NCBI GenBank assembly: GCA_001784175.1
Contig: MFPR01000044.1
Span: 1 to 64,000, forward strand
Reading direction: 5' to 3'
From: Candidatus Lindowbacteria bacterium RIFCSPLOWO2_12_FULL_62_27
Lineage (GTDB): Bacteria; Lindowbacteria; 2-12-FULL-62-27
Length of the DNA stretch: 64,000 nt
Shown: in pieces, positions 55,337-64,000 of the stretch
Layout of the letters: every line of letters starts with the position of its first letter
Numbering within the stretch: position 1 is the first letter of the stretch
Translations under genes and position numbers: made by a program
Notes under the pieces: model-generated
Seen by the model: only the letters and a program-made list of their open reading frames with translations
What the model was told of the DNA's origin: nothing
The model's database searches: none

Positions 55337-56531
55337 GTTCTCGTTTCTTCTGGCCGCCGCGTGGGTTGCAGTTCCATGGATCGAGACCCGGCCCGGGCCG
55401 AAGGGAGAGGCCTCCGGACGGGGGCGGACGCTTCTGCTGTGGACAATCGCCGGGATCGGCCTTGCGATTGGATCAACCGCGCCGCATCCCCTCTGGTGGA
55501 TCGTGTGGGCGGCGCTCGTGTGGGCGCTCGAAATGGAACACCGGCAGGCCAGGGAGGGCCTCCGGGATCTGGCCGAGGCGCCGGCGATTAAATTGCGGAG
55601 AAAAATCCAGCCCTTGGAGGATAAGTGCCGCGCGCTCCAACATGAGATCCACGGTCTGCAGGCCGGCGTCTCCGCCGCGGTGGGGCGGTATCTCGCCATG
55701 AAGGATTTTCATCGGTCCCTCCGCGCCGAGGATCTGGGCCAGGCGGTGATCGACAAGATGCTCAAATTGACCGGCGCGAATGAGGCGGCGGTCGGCATTT
55801 GGAACAACGACGGCCGCGCCATCCTTTTGCTCGGCCATCCCGCGGACAGGGTCGGCGACATTTTGGATCACGGCGCATGGAAACGCGAAGTCGAGGTCGA
55901 AAGCGTCCGCGTCCGGATGGCGGCGAATGGTCCGGGAAGTACGGTGGCGCTGGAAGAATCACTCAAAGAACTGATCCTGCCCCTGCCGGCGCTCTGGCGA
56001 CAGAGCATCCTGTATGCGCGGGTCGAGGAGATGGCCATTACGGACCGCCTGACAGGCCTCTACGTCCACCGCCTGTTCGCCGAACGATTACGCCAGGAAA
56101 TCGCGAGAGTCGCTGAAACCGCGCGGCCCCTGAGTTTGATCATGGTCGATGTCGACCATTTCAAACGCTTCAACGACACCTTCGGCCATCTCCTGGGCGA
56201 CCGGGTCCTGCGGGCCATCGGGCAGACATTCATTGCCGAAGTGAGAAAGTCCGATTTCGCCGCGCGCTACGGCGGCGAGGAAATGGCGCTCATCCTTCCG
56301 GAAACGCCCTTGAGCGGCGCGCTCCTGAAGGCCGAGCGCCTGCGGAAGGCCGTCGAAAAAATAAAAATATCCCATCAGGACCAGATGCTCGGCGTCACCG
56401 CCAGTTTCGGCGTCACCGAGTGGTCCAGAACCGATCAGTCGCCGGTCGACTTCATCCGCCGCGCCGACCAGGCGCTCTACCGCGCGAAAGAGAACGGGCG
56501 AAACAGGGTCGAGATTTCGGAGGCCGGATAA
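55326..56531 (+). CDS. Membrane-bound GGDEF-domain protein
   Basis: TDRLTGL, DVDHFK, RKSD I-site, RYGGEEM, ADQALYRAKENGRNRV. Confidence 0.9.
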   Translation: MGPKFSFLLAAAWVAVPWIETRPGPKGEASGRGRTLLLWTIAGIGLAIGSTAPHPLWWIVWAALVWALEMEHRQAREGLRDLAEAPAIKLRRKIQPLEDKCRALQHEIHGLQAGVSAAVGRYLAMKDFHRSLRAEDLGQAVIDKMLKLTGANEAAVGIWNNDGRAILLLGHPADRVGDILDHGAWKREVEVESVRVRMAANGPGSTVALEESLKELILPLPALWRQSILYARVEEMAITDRLTGLYVHRLFAERLRQEIARVAETARPLSLIMVDVDHFKRFNDTFGHLLGDRVLRAIGQTFIAEVRKSDFAARYGGEEMALILPETPLSGALLKAERLRKAVEKIKISHQDQMLGVTASFGVTEWSRTDQSPVDFIRRADQALYRAKENGRNRVEISEAG

Positions 56532-56537
56532 AACCGC

Positions 56538-57821
56538 TCACCGCGCCGCGGCGGTCTGGGCGCGGATCTTGACGGCCTGCTCCATGTAGACTTCAGCCTC
56601 GATCAGACGGTTCATTTTGACGTACAGGTTCGAAACGGTTTCCATCAGGCTCGCCACGGCGGGATGATCGGGGCCGAGCACCCTCTGCTTGATGTCCAGG
56701 GCGAGGAGAAATGTGTGCTCTGATTCGGTGTATCGCCTCTGCGCAAGCAACCGCAGGGCCTCGCTTTCATAGAACTCCGCATACATTAAAGGGGTGGAGT
56801 CTGGATGGGACGAAGGTGGTTGGTCGAGGTTTATCCGCCACAGCTTCAACGTGCGACGCTCCAGAAGATCAATCGCCGCAAGGTGGCGGCCGTCCGGCGA
56901 AAATTCAACCCAGTCCACTGGGCCCGCGCACGGAATCGTCTGCAACAGAATTCCACGGCGCGCATCCCACATCTCGATCCATCCCCGGCTTACCGTCGGC
57001 CGGCTTAGCGCGGTCCCGCCGATGCCCGACGCCAGCCGGACGCCGGTCGCATCAAAGGCCAGCGATCGCACGTTCAACCGGTCGTTCTCCCTCTTTCCCA
57101 GCGTCCGCGCAGGAGCGCTCGTGTCCGGATCGATCAGGCGGATCGACAGGCCGCTGCCGGCCGCAAGTTTGCGGCCCGTGGGGAAAAACGCGAGGTCCCG
57201 GACCCATCCCCGGTGATGGACCGTTCGGAGACGCGCTCCCGTTACCGCATCCCATATCGTGACGGACCCCGTGACGATGCCGGCGGCGAGGCGCGCGCCG
57301 TCCGCAGAGAATTCCATTGCGGTGATCACGCCCTTTCGGTCGGCCTGAAACGTGCGGATCGTTTCACCCGTGGCGGCGCCCATCAGAAGCACCCGGTCGC
57401 CGCCGGACGGCGCGGCCAGAAATCGGCCGTCCGGCGAAAAAACCACCGGCGCATCCGGATCGGCGCGGTCCAGCGTCCCGAGCAGTTTTCCTCGCGACCA
57501 TGTCCGCAGTTTCGTTTCCTGCCCCGACCGCGTCACCACCTGCCGCCCGTCGGGGGAAACCGCGATCACCCGCTCCTCCGCGCCGAGCGGCCGGCCCTCG
57601 TCGGTGATCGTCCAGCGGCTCAGGACCTGCCCGCTTTCGGGGTCCATGATGTCGAACGTCGCGGGCGCGGTGGAGACAAGGAGATGGCCGGAGGGGAGAA
57701 ATTTCGCCCACTCGGCGGGCGGGGGTTCTTTGAACTCAACAGGCTCGTACGATTCCGCGACGACGGCAGGACTCCAGATGAGAATCATCAACGCGAACGC
57801 CGCGCAGAAACGTCCCGTCAC
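56538..57821 (-). CDS. Secreted WD40-repeat protein with C-terminal TPR
   Basis: Signal peptide, repeated FSPDG/WD motifs, VLGPDHPAVA kinesin-light-chain-like TPR; GTGA overlap with the upstream gene. Confidence 0.85.
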   Translation of the reverse strand: MTGRFCAAFALMILIWSPAVVAESYEPVEFKEPPPAEWAKFLPSGHLLVSTAPATFDIMDPESGQVLSRWTITDEGRPLGAEERVIAVSPDGRQVVTRSGQETKLRTWSRGKLLGTLDRADPDAPVVFSPDGRFLAAPSGGDRVLLMGAATGETIRTFQADRKGVITAMEFSADGARLAAGIVTGSVTIWDAVTGARLRTVHHRGWVRDLAFFPTGRKLAAGSGLSIRLIDPDTSAPARTLGKRENDRLNVRSLAFDATGVRLASGIGGTALSRPTVSRGWIEMWDARRGILLQTIPCAGPVDWVEFSPDGRHLAAIDLLERRTLKLWRINLDQPPSSHPDSTPLMYAEFYESEALRLLAQRRYTESEHTFLLALDIKQRVLGPDHPAVASLMETVSNLYVKMNRLIEAEVYMEQAVKIRAQTAAAR

Positions 57822-58735
57822 GGGATGTCCCCGAAACGGATCGTCAGGCTGAACCGGTGCGTGTCGCCGAAAACGCCCAGCGGCACAAAGGCGTAGTCGA
57901 CGTCCACCATCTTGAATCGAACGCCGACACCGGCCGTCAGCCCGTCGTCCGCGTCCTTGTTTTCCAGCGTGTAGCCCAGCCGGAGGGAAAAATGCCGCAG
58001 CAGCGTGTACTCGGCGCCGAAATTGATGAAGAGATCGTCATAGCGAACCTTGTTCAGATCCAGGCTCAGAACCACGTTGCGCTCCGGCAGAAACTTCAGG
58101 GCGGTCCCGACCCGGAAGGACCTCGGCAGGGGTTCTTCGACCGTCAGGTATTTGATGCCGGACCCATAGTTCTTGACGGAGGCGCCGATCGTCCAGAAGT
58201 CCATCGGCCGGACCTGGATTCCGAAATCGCCCGTGACCGCTGTGCCGCCGTGCTCGTAAATCCGGCTTGAAATGAACCGGCCCAGGGCGCCGACCGACAC
58301 GCCATTCGTGATTTCCCGGCCATAACCGATGTCGAACGCCATGTCCCGCGCGCCGAAAAATCCCAGCACCTGACCCGCCTGCCCGGACGTCAGAGTCGTC
58401 CGCTCAATGTCCTCGATCGTCATGACGTTCGCGCTGATCCCCCAGTTGCCATAGGGCGTCGGAAAGGCCAACGCCAGGTAATTCTGGTCGATGTCGGCGA
58501 TGTACTGGTTGTTCTGGAACGTCACTTGGGCCGTCCGAACCCTTCCGAGTCCCGCCGGGTTCCAGTACATGCTCGTGGCATCGTCCACAACCGCAGTGTA
58601 GGCGCCGCCCATCGCAACCGCTCGCGCGCCCTGCCCAATGCGCAGAAATTCCAGCGAAGTGGATCCCGGTTCCGCCCATGCGGGGAGCGCCGGCAAGAAC
58701 AACAGGAAAGACAGGATGAACTTTGCAGGCCTCAT
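57818..58735 (-). CDS. PorV/PorQ-like (UPF0164) outer-membrane beta-barrel
   Basis: LEFLRIGQGARAVAMGGAY...YWNPAGLG...FGDTHRFSL; ATGA overlap with the upstream gene. Confidence 0.9.
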   Translation of the reverse strand: MRPAKFILSFLLFLPALPAWAEPGSTSLEFLRIGQGARAVAMGGAYTAVVDDATSMYWNPAGLGRVRTAQVTFQNNQYIADIDQNYLALAFPTPYGNWGISANVMTIEDIERTTLTSGQAGQVLGFFGARDMAFDIGYGREITNGVSVGALGRFISSRIYEHGGTAVTGDFGIQVRPMDFWTIGASVKNYGSGIKYLTVEEPLPRSFRVGTALKFLPERNVVLSLDLNKVRYDDLFINFGAEYTLLRHFSLRLGYTLENKDADDGLTAGVGVRFKMVDVDYAFVPLGVFGDTHRFSLTIRFGDIP

Positions 58736-61700
58736 TTAATGATCGCCACCTTCTTGGTGACGCGCTGGCCCGTCTTGTTGTCCGTGATCACCATGAGATA
58801 CACGCCGCTGGCCACCATCTGGCCGCCGATCGGGTCGATCGTCGATAGGTCCCACTGAAACCGGCCGGCGCCCGTGACTTTGCGGTTGAACAACTCGCGC
58901 CCCGCAACCGTGAACACCCGCACGGTGATGTCGGCGCTGATGTTGTCCACGATGATGCCGGTCGTGAAATCGCCGGGCAGGGGCGGCTTGCCGTTTTCGT
59001 CAATGCCGTCATACGGAATGTACGGGTTCGGATAGACGATGACTTTCGAAAGATCGCTCGCCGCAAGTTTCCCCGTGTCCGGGAAAACGGCGTAAAACGA
59101 GAAATGGAACGGAGCGCCGATGACGGCGTTCTGGCCCGCATCCCAGGCGCTGCCCGTCACCGCCTCCCAACCGCCGGTCGCTTCGTTCAGCGTATGGAAC
59201 TTCATCGCAGACAGCGGCAGGCCGGCCAGGTCGCTTCCCGACGCCGGCTTCCACAAAAGCCGCACGGCGCCGAACGCGCTCCGCTCGCTGCCCACGTCCG
59301 CGCCGGTTTCGGTGTAGAGATTGATTTCAAACGCGGTGAACCGCATCCGCGTGATGCGATCGTCCGTGCCGAGTTTCAAATCCTTGGAATTGCCCGCCCG
59401 CTGGATGGTGAACAGGCTGCCGACATTGGACGGCTGCAGATCGACCGCGAGCTTGTCGCCATAGGCCTTCTTGGTGGAGTCGTAGACGGGCGTGGAAATC
59501 ATGGTCATCACCGTGTCCGAGAAATACACCGCGCCGCGCCACGTGTCGTACTGCGACAGCTCCGGAAATGTGATCGGCGCGCCGTTGCCGGCGACCATCA
59601 TGTAGTCGACCTTGTAGATGTCGTAGGTGTCCATCAATAGCCGGCCGGTCGTGTCCATGGCCTTCAAAATAAACCGGTTCTGGCCCTTCACCAGCGGGAC
59701 GGTGGCGGTCGCCGAAAAAATCCGGCTGTCGGCGCCCACGGCAAGGCCCGTCGCGGTGTCTGAATTCTGAGTGATCATCAGAGTGGCGATCGGAACGTAC
59801 GACCGCACCTCCGCCGTGAGCGTCGTGACGACGTCCGTGTCGACCGGCTTGCGCGACTTGAATTTCGCGGTCGGCGGCGACGTGTCGATCACGATGGCGC
59901 GCGTGTCCTCACCGGCGAATCCGGAGGCGCCGACCGCCCGGGCGGTGATCGTCTGCGTGCCGGTGCCTGTGAAGGTTCGGGTCGTCATGAAGGCGCCCAT
60001 GGAATCGACGGGGGCCGTGTCCGTCACATCCACGCCGTTGATCCGGAAGAGGACGGAGGTCGGGGTGTCAAACGTTGCCAGCACGGTGCCTTTAATCGTG
60101 ATCGTCAGCGAATCCGTGATGACGCCGGAATCGGGCGCCGTGATCTGCACAACCGGCGGCGCGCCCGAATCGACGCGGAATGTCCGGTACGCCGTCGTTT
60201 CCACGTTGCCGGATCGGTCCTGCGCGCCCACGCGCCAGTAATAGGTGTTCGCGACAAATCCGTTCAGAGGCGTGTGGCTGGTGCCGGACGTGACCTTGCT
60301 GTCCACCATCGTCACGAACAGGGAATCGCGCGCGACCTGCACCGTATAGGTGTCCCCGGTCCCGCTCCACGTGAGTTTCTGGAACGAGTCCGTGGTGGTC
60401 GCCGAATCCGACGGACTGGCCAGAGCCACGGTCACCGCCGTGTCGATGACGAGCGCGCGGGCGGCGCTTGTCTCGGCATTGCCCGCGGCATCCTGCGCCG
60501 TCACGCGCCAGTAATACGTGTCCGACCCGTAGCCGCTCGACGGCGTGTACGTCACCGCCGTCGTCGTCTTGCTGTCCACGACCGTTCCGAATCCGGCCGT
60601 CTTCGACACCTGCAGCGTGTACGTGTCGCCGGTCCCGTTCCATGTAAACGTCGGCGTCGTGTCATTCGTCTCCACGCTGTCCGCCGGGCTTGTCTGACTC
60701 ACCGTCACGCCCGTGTCGATGAACAACGCGCGCGCGGCCGACGTCTCAAAGTTCCCCGCATCGTCGCTCGCGATCACTCGCCAGAAATAGGTGTCTGCGG
60801 CGTACCCGCCGGCCGGCGTGTACGTCAACGACGCCGTCGTCTTGCTGTCCACCAGCACGCCGAAGGCGCTCGACTTCGATACCTGCAGCGCATACGTATC
60901 GCCTGTGCCGTTCCATGTGAACGTGGGCGTCGTGTCGTTTGTGCCGGTGGTATCCGCCGGGGTCGCCAGACTCACCGTCACGCCGGTGTCGATGAACAAC
61001 GCGCGCGCGGCTGACGTCTCGTGGTTCCCCGCATCGTCGCTCGCGATCACGCGCCAGAAATAGGTGTCCGCCGAATAGCCGGTGGTGGGCGTGTACGCCA
61101 GAGCCGCCGGCGTCTTGCTGTCCACGAGCGTTCCGAATCCGGCCGTCTTCGACACCTGCAGCGTGTACGTGTCCCCCGTCCCGCTCCACGTGAACGTGGG
61201 CGTTGGATCGTTCGTCTCCGCGCTGTCCGACGGGCTCGTCAGGCTCACGGCGATCGACGTGTCCACAACCAGAAGACGCACGAGGCTTGTGTCGTAACTG
61301 CCGGCGGAAGTGCTCGCGATCACGCGCCAGAAATACGTGTCCGCCGGATAGCCGGCCGCCGGCGTGTAGGTCACGGCGCCCGTCGTCGCGCTGTCCGCCA
61401 GCGCGCCGAACGCGCTCGATTTCGAGACCTGAATCGTGTAGGTGTCCCCCGTCCCGCTCCACGTGAACGTGGGCGTTGTGTCGTTCGTCTCCGCGCTGTC
61501 CGGCGGGCTTGCCTGACTCACCGTCACGCCCGTGTCGATGAACAACGCGCGCGCGGCCGACGTCTCAAAGTTCCCCGCGTCGTCGCTCGCGATCACACGC
61601 CAGAAATACGTGTCCGCGCCGTATCCCCCCGACGACGTGTACGTCAACGACGCAGTCGTCTTGCTGTCCACCACCGTGCCGAATCCGCCCGATTTCGACA

Positions 61701-64000
61701 CCTGGATCGTGTAGGTGTCCCCCGTCCCACTCCACGTGAACGTGGGCGTTGTGTCGTTCGTCTCCGCGCTGTCCGATGGATTTGCCAGACTCACCGTCAC
61801 GCCCGTGTCGATGACCAGCACGCGGGCGGCCGACGTCTCGTAGTTTCCCGCGTCATCGAGCGCGACCACCCGCCAGAAGTACGTATCCGCGCCGTATCCG
61901 CCGGCCGGCGTGTACGTCAACGACGCCGTCGTCTTGCTGTCCACCACCGTGCCGAAGCCGCCCGCTTTCGACACCTGCAGCGTGTACGTGTCGCCGGTCC
62001 CGCTCCACGTGAACGTGGGCGTCGTGTCGTTCGTCTCCGCGCTGTCCACCGGGCTTGTCTGGCTCACCGTCACGCACGTGTCGATAAACAATACACGCGC
62101 GGCCGGCGTCTCAAAGTTCCCCGCGTCGTCGCTTGCGATCACGCGCCAGAAATATGTGTCCGCGGCGTACCCGCCGGCCGGCGTGTACGTCGTCGACGAC
62201 GTCGTCTTGCTGTCCACCACCGTTCCGAATCCGCCCGATTTCGACACCTGCAGCGTGTACGTGTCGCCGGTCCCGCTCCACGCGAACGTCGGGGTCGTGT
62301 CGTTCGTCTCGGCGCTGTCCACCGGGCTTGCCAGACTCACCGTCACGCTCGTGTCGATGACCAGCGCACGCGCCGCCGCCGTCTCGTGGTTCCCGGCGTC
62401 GTCGCTCGCAATCACCCGCCAGAAATACGTGTCCGCACCATATCCGCTCGACGGCGCGTACGTCGTTGACGACGTCGTCTTGCTGTCCACCATCGCGGCG
62501 AAGTCGCCCGCTTTCGACACTTGCAGCGTGTACGTGTCCCCCGTCCCGCTCCACGTGAATGTGGGCGTTGTGTCGTTCGTCTCCGCACTGTCGGCAGGGC
62601 TTGCCAGGCTCACCGTCACGCCCGTGTCGATCACCAGAACCCGCGACACCGTCGTGTCGTGATTGCCTGAAATCGTGCCGGCCGTTACACGCCAGTAATA
62701 GGTGTCGGCCGGGTAGCCGCCGCTCGGCGTGTAGGTCACGGAAGAGGTGGTCTTGCTGTCGAATATGGAGCCGAACGCGCTGCTCTTTGAAATCTGAATC
62801 GTGTACGTGTCGCCGTTCCCGCTCCACGTGAAGCTCGGCGTTGTATCGTTCGTCTCGGCGCCCTCCGCCGGGGTCGACAGGCTCACGGACACCGCCGTGT
62901 CGATGATCAACAGGCGTACAGACGTCACACCGGTATTTCCGGCCTGGTCCGCCACGACGACGCGCCAATAGTACGTATCGGCGGCATAGTAGGCGGCCGG
63001 CGTGTAGGTGGCCCCGCCGGTGGTCTGGCTGTCGAAGATCGCGCCGAACCCGGCGGTTTTCGAAACTTGGAGCGTATAGGTGTCGCCATCCCCGCTCCAC
63101 GTGAAGGTCGGCATCGTGTCGCTTGTCTTGGTCGAATCCTCCGGACTGGTCTGGCTCACGGTCACGCCGGTGTCGAGGTAGAGAACGCGGCTTGCGCTCG
63201 TCTCATGATTTCCCGCGGCATCGATCGCGGCGACCCGCCAGTAATAGGTTTCCGCCGCATACCCGGTCGACGGCGTGTACGTCACGGCGGACGAGGTCAG
63301 ACTGTCAGCGAGGGCGCCGAACGCCGCCTGCTTTGAAATCTGAAACACATAGGTATCGCCCGCGCCGCTCCACGAAAACGCCGGCGTCGTGTCGTTCGTC
63401 CGGGTCGAATCGGCGGGCGACGTGACGCTCACCGTCACACTCGTGTCGAGAACGATCATGCGGACGGCCGTCGTCTCGAAATTCCCCGCCTCGTCCCATG
63501 CGATCACGCGCCAATAGTACGTGTCCTCCGGATAGCCCGACGGCGTGTACGTCAGCGCGGCCGTCGACGTACTGTCACGGAGCGTGCCAAACGTGCCGCT
63601 CATGGATATCTGAATCTGGTAGGTGTCGCCTGTTCCGCTCCAGGCAAAGGCCGGCGTTGTGTCGTTCGTCCGGGTCGTATCCGCCGGGCTGGTCAAACTG
63701 ACGGTGACGATCGTGTCGATCAACAGAAACCGCGATGCGGACGTTTCGAAATTTCCCGCCTTGTCGCCGGCGATCACGCGCCAGAAATATGTGTCCGCGC
63801 CATAACTGCTCGACGGCGAATAGCTGGTTCCATTCGTGGTCGACGCCTCATACAAAACGGCAAACGTGCTGACCTTCGCAATTTGAATCGTATACGTGTC
63901 GCCTGTCCCGCTCCACGTGAACGTCAGCGTCGTGTCGTTCGTCTCGGCTGAATCTGACGGGGCCGTCAAACTCACGCTTACGATCGTGTCCACCTTGATC
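58732..64000 (-). CDS. Giant repetitive surface protein with T9SS-like CTD (5' end outside the window)
   Basis: 14 visible 91-aa FN3/Ig-like repeats (TPTFTWSG...Y(F/Y)WRV); C-terminal region paralogous to that of 34174-42864; YPNPYIP...VFTVAG...ASGVY...KVAIIK. Confidence 0.88.
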   Translation of the reverse strand, partial: IKVDTIVSVSLTAPSDSAETNDTTLTFTWSGTGDTYTIQIAKVSTFAVLYEASTTNGTSYSPSSSYGADTYFWRVIAGDKAGNFETSASRFLLIDTIVTVSLTSPADTTRTNDTTPAFAWSGTGDTYQIQISMSGTFGTLRDSTSTAALTYTPSGYPEDTYYWRVIAWDEAGNFETTAVRMIVLDTSVTVSVTSPADSTRTNDTTPAFSWSGAGDTYVFQISKQAAFGALADSLTSSAVTYTPSTGYAAETYYWRVAAIDAAGNHETSASRVLYLDTGVTVSQTSPEDSTKTSDTMPTFTWSGDGDTYTLQVSKTAGFGAIFDSQTTGGATYTPAAYYAADTYYWRVVVADQAGNTGVTSVRLLIIDTAVSVSLSTPAEGAETNDTTPSFTWSGNGDTYTIQISKSSAFGSIFDSKTTSSVTYTPSGGYPADTYYWRVTAGTISGNHDTTVSRVLVIDTGVTVSLASPADSAETNDTTPTFTWSGTGDTYTLQVSKAGDFAAMVDSKTTSSTTYAPSSGYGADTYFWRVIASDDAGNHETAAARALVIDTSVTVSLASPVDSAETNDTTPTFAWSGTGDTYTLQVSKSGGFGTVVDSKTTSSTTYTPAGGYAADTYFWRVIASDDAGNFETPAARVLFIDTCVTVSQTSPVDSAETNDTTPTFTWSGTGDTYTLQVSKAGGFGTVVDSKTTASLTYTPAGGYGADTYFWRVVALDDAGNYETSAARVLVIDTGVTVSLANPSDSAETNDTTPTFTWSGTGDTYTIQVSKSGGFGTVVDSKTTASLTYTSSGGYGADTYFWRVIASDDAGNFETSAARALFIDTGVTVSQASPPDSAETNDTTPTFTWSGTGDTYTIQVSKSSAFGALADSATTGAVTYTPAAGYPADTYFWRVIASTSAGSYDTSLVRLLVVDTSIAVSLTSPSDSAETNDPTPTFTWSGTGDTYTLQVSKTAGFGTLVDSKTPAALAYTPTTGYSADTYFWRVIASDDAGNHETSAARALFIDTGVTVSLATPADTTGTNDTTPTFTWNGTGDTYALQVSKSSAFGVLVDSKTTASLTYTPAGGYAADTYFWRVIASDDAGNFETSAARALFIDTGVTVSQTSPADSVETNDTTPTFTWNGTGDTYTLQVSKTAGFGTVVDSKTTTAVTYTPSSGYGSDTYYWRVTAQDAAGNAETSAARALVIDTAVTVALASPSDSATTTDSFQKLTWSGTGDTYTVQVARDSLFVTMVDSKVTSGTSHTPLNGFVANTYYWRVGAQDRSGNVETTAYRTFRVDSGAPPVVQITAPDSGVITDSLTITIKGTVLATFDTPTSVLFRINGVDVTDTAPVDSMGAFMTTRTFTGTGTQTITARAVGASGFAGEDTRAIVIDTSPPTAKFKSRKPVDTDVVTTLTAEVRSYVPIATLMITQNSDTATGLAVGADSRIFSATATVPLVKGQNRFILKAMDTTGRLLMDTYDIYKVDYMMVAGNGAPITFPELSQYDTWRGAVYFSDTVMTMISTPVYDSTKKAYGDKLAVDLQPSNVGSLFTIQRAGNSKDLKLGTDDRITRMRFTAFEINLYTETGADVGSERSAFGAVRLLWKPASGSDLAGLPLSAMKFHTLNEATGGWEAVTGSAWDAGQNAVIGAPFHFSFYAVFPDTGKLAASDLSKVIVYPNPYIPYDGIDENGKPPLPGDFTTGIIVDNISADITVRVFTVAGRELFNRKVTGAGRFQWDLSTIDPIGGQMVASGVYLMVITDNKTGQRVTKKVAIIK
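60170..63993 (-). repeat. Coding tandem repeat, 273-bp unit, about 14 copies
   Basis: GTGTCGAT recurs at 60713, 60986 and onward with a 273-bp period. Confidence 0.92.

Noticed and set aside
60170-63993. Regular repeats as a possible CRISPR array
   Set aside because: The 273-bp units are in-frame coding repeats with no repeat-spacer structure, and no cas genes are present.
1-64000. Taxonomic assignment and a complete T9SS
   Set aside because: No marker genes or T9SS core genes (SprA, PorK-N) are in the window, so neither can be supported.

Overview
GC-rich bacterial window (diderm; lineage not assignable from sequence alone) with about 31 real CDSs and no rRNA, tRNA or CRISPR array recognised. 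(1) 0.2-3.7 kb: PpiC chaperone and a Hanks-type kinase with TPRs. (2) 3.8-4.9 kb: RAYT-type HUH/Y1 transposase enclosed by a perfect 37-bp inverted repeat. (3) 5-16.8 kb: a visibly more AT-rich protein-glycosylation cluster with a DPY19/STT3-like GT-C enzyme, a GtrA protein, three TMTC-like GT-C/TPR enzymes and an SGNH protein, next to a secreted fibre protein carrying WxxW motifs. (4) 16.9-56.5 kb: a large carbohydrate locus with about 17 CBM11-like domains across six secreted proteins, GH9-like, GH144, GH116 and GH35 enzymes, a sugar ABC transporter (SBP-permease fusion) and two GGDEF proteins. (5) Three large cargo proteins with T9SS-like C-terminal domains, each translationally coupled to its own PorV-like beta-barrel gene. 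Best candidates for new biology: a possible bacterial C-mannosylation/O-glycosylation system with co-located acceptors, and a cargo/PorV-paired, CBM11-rich surface system likely aimed at beta-1,2-glucan. All family assignments come from motif recognition by eye, not from database searches.
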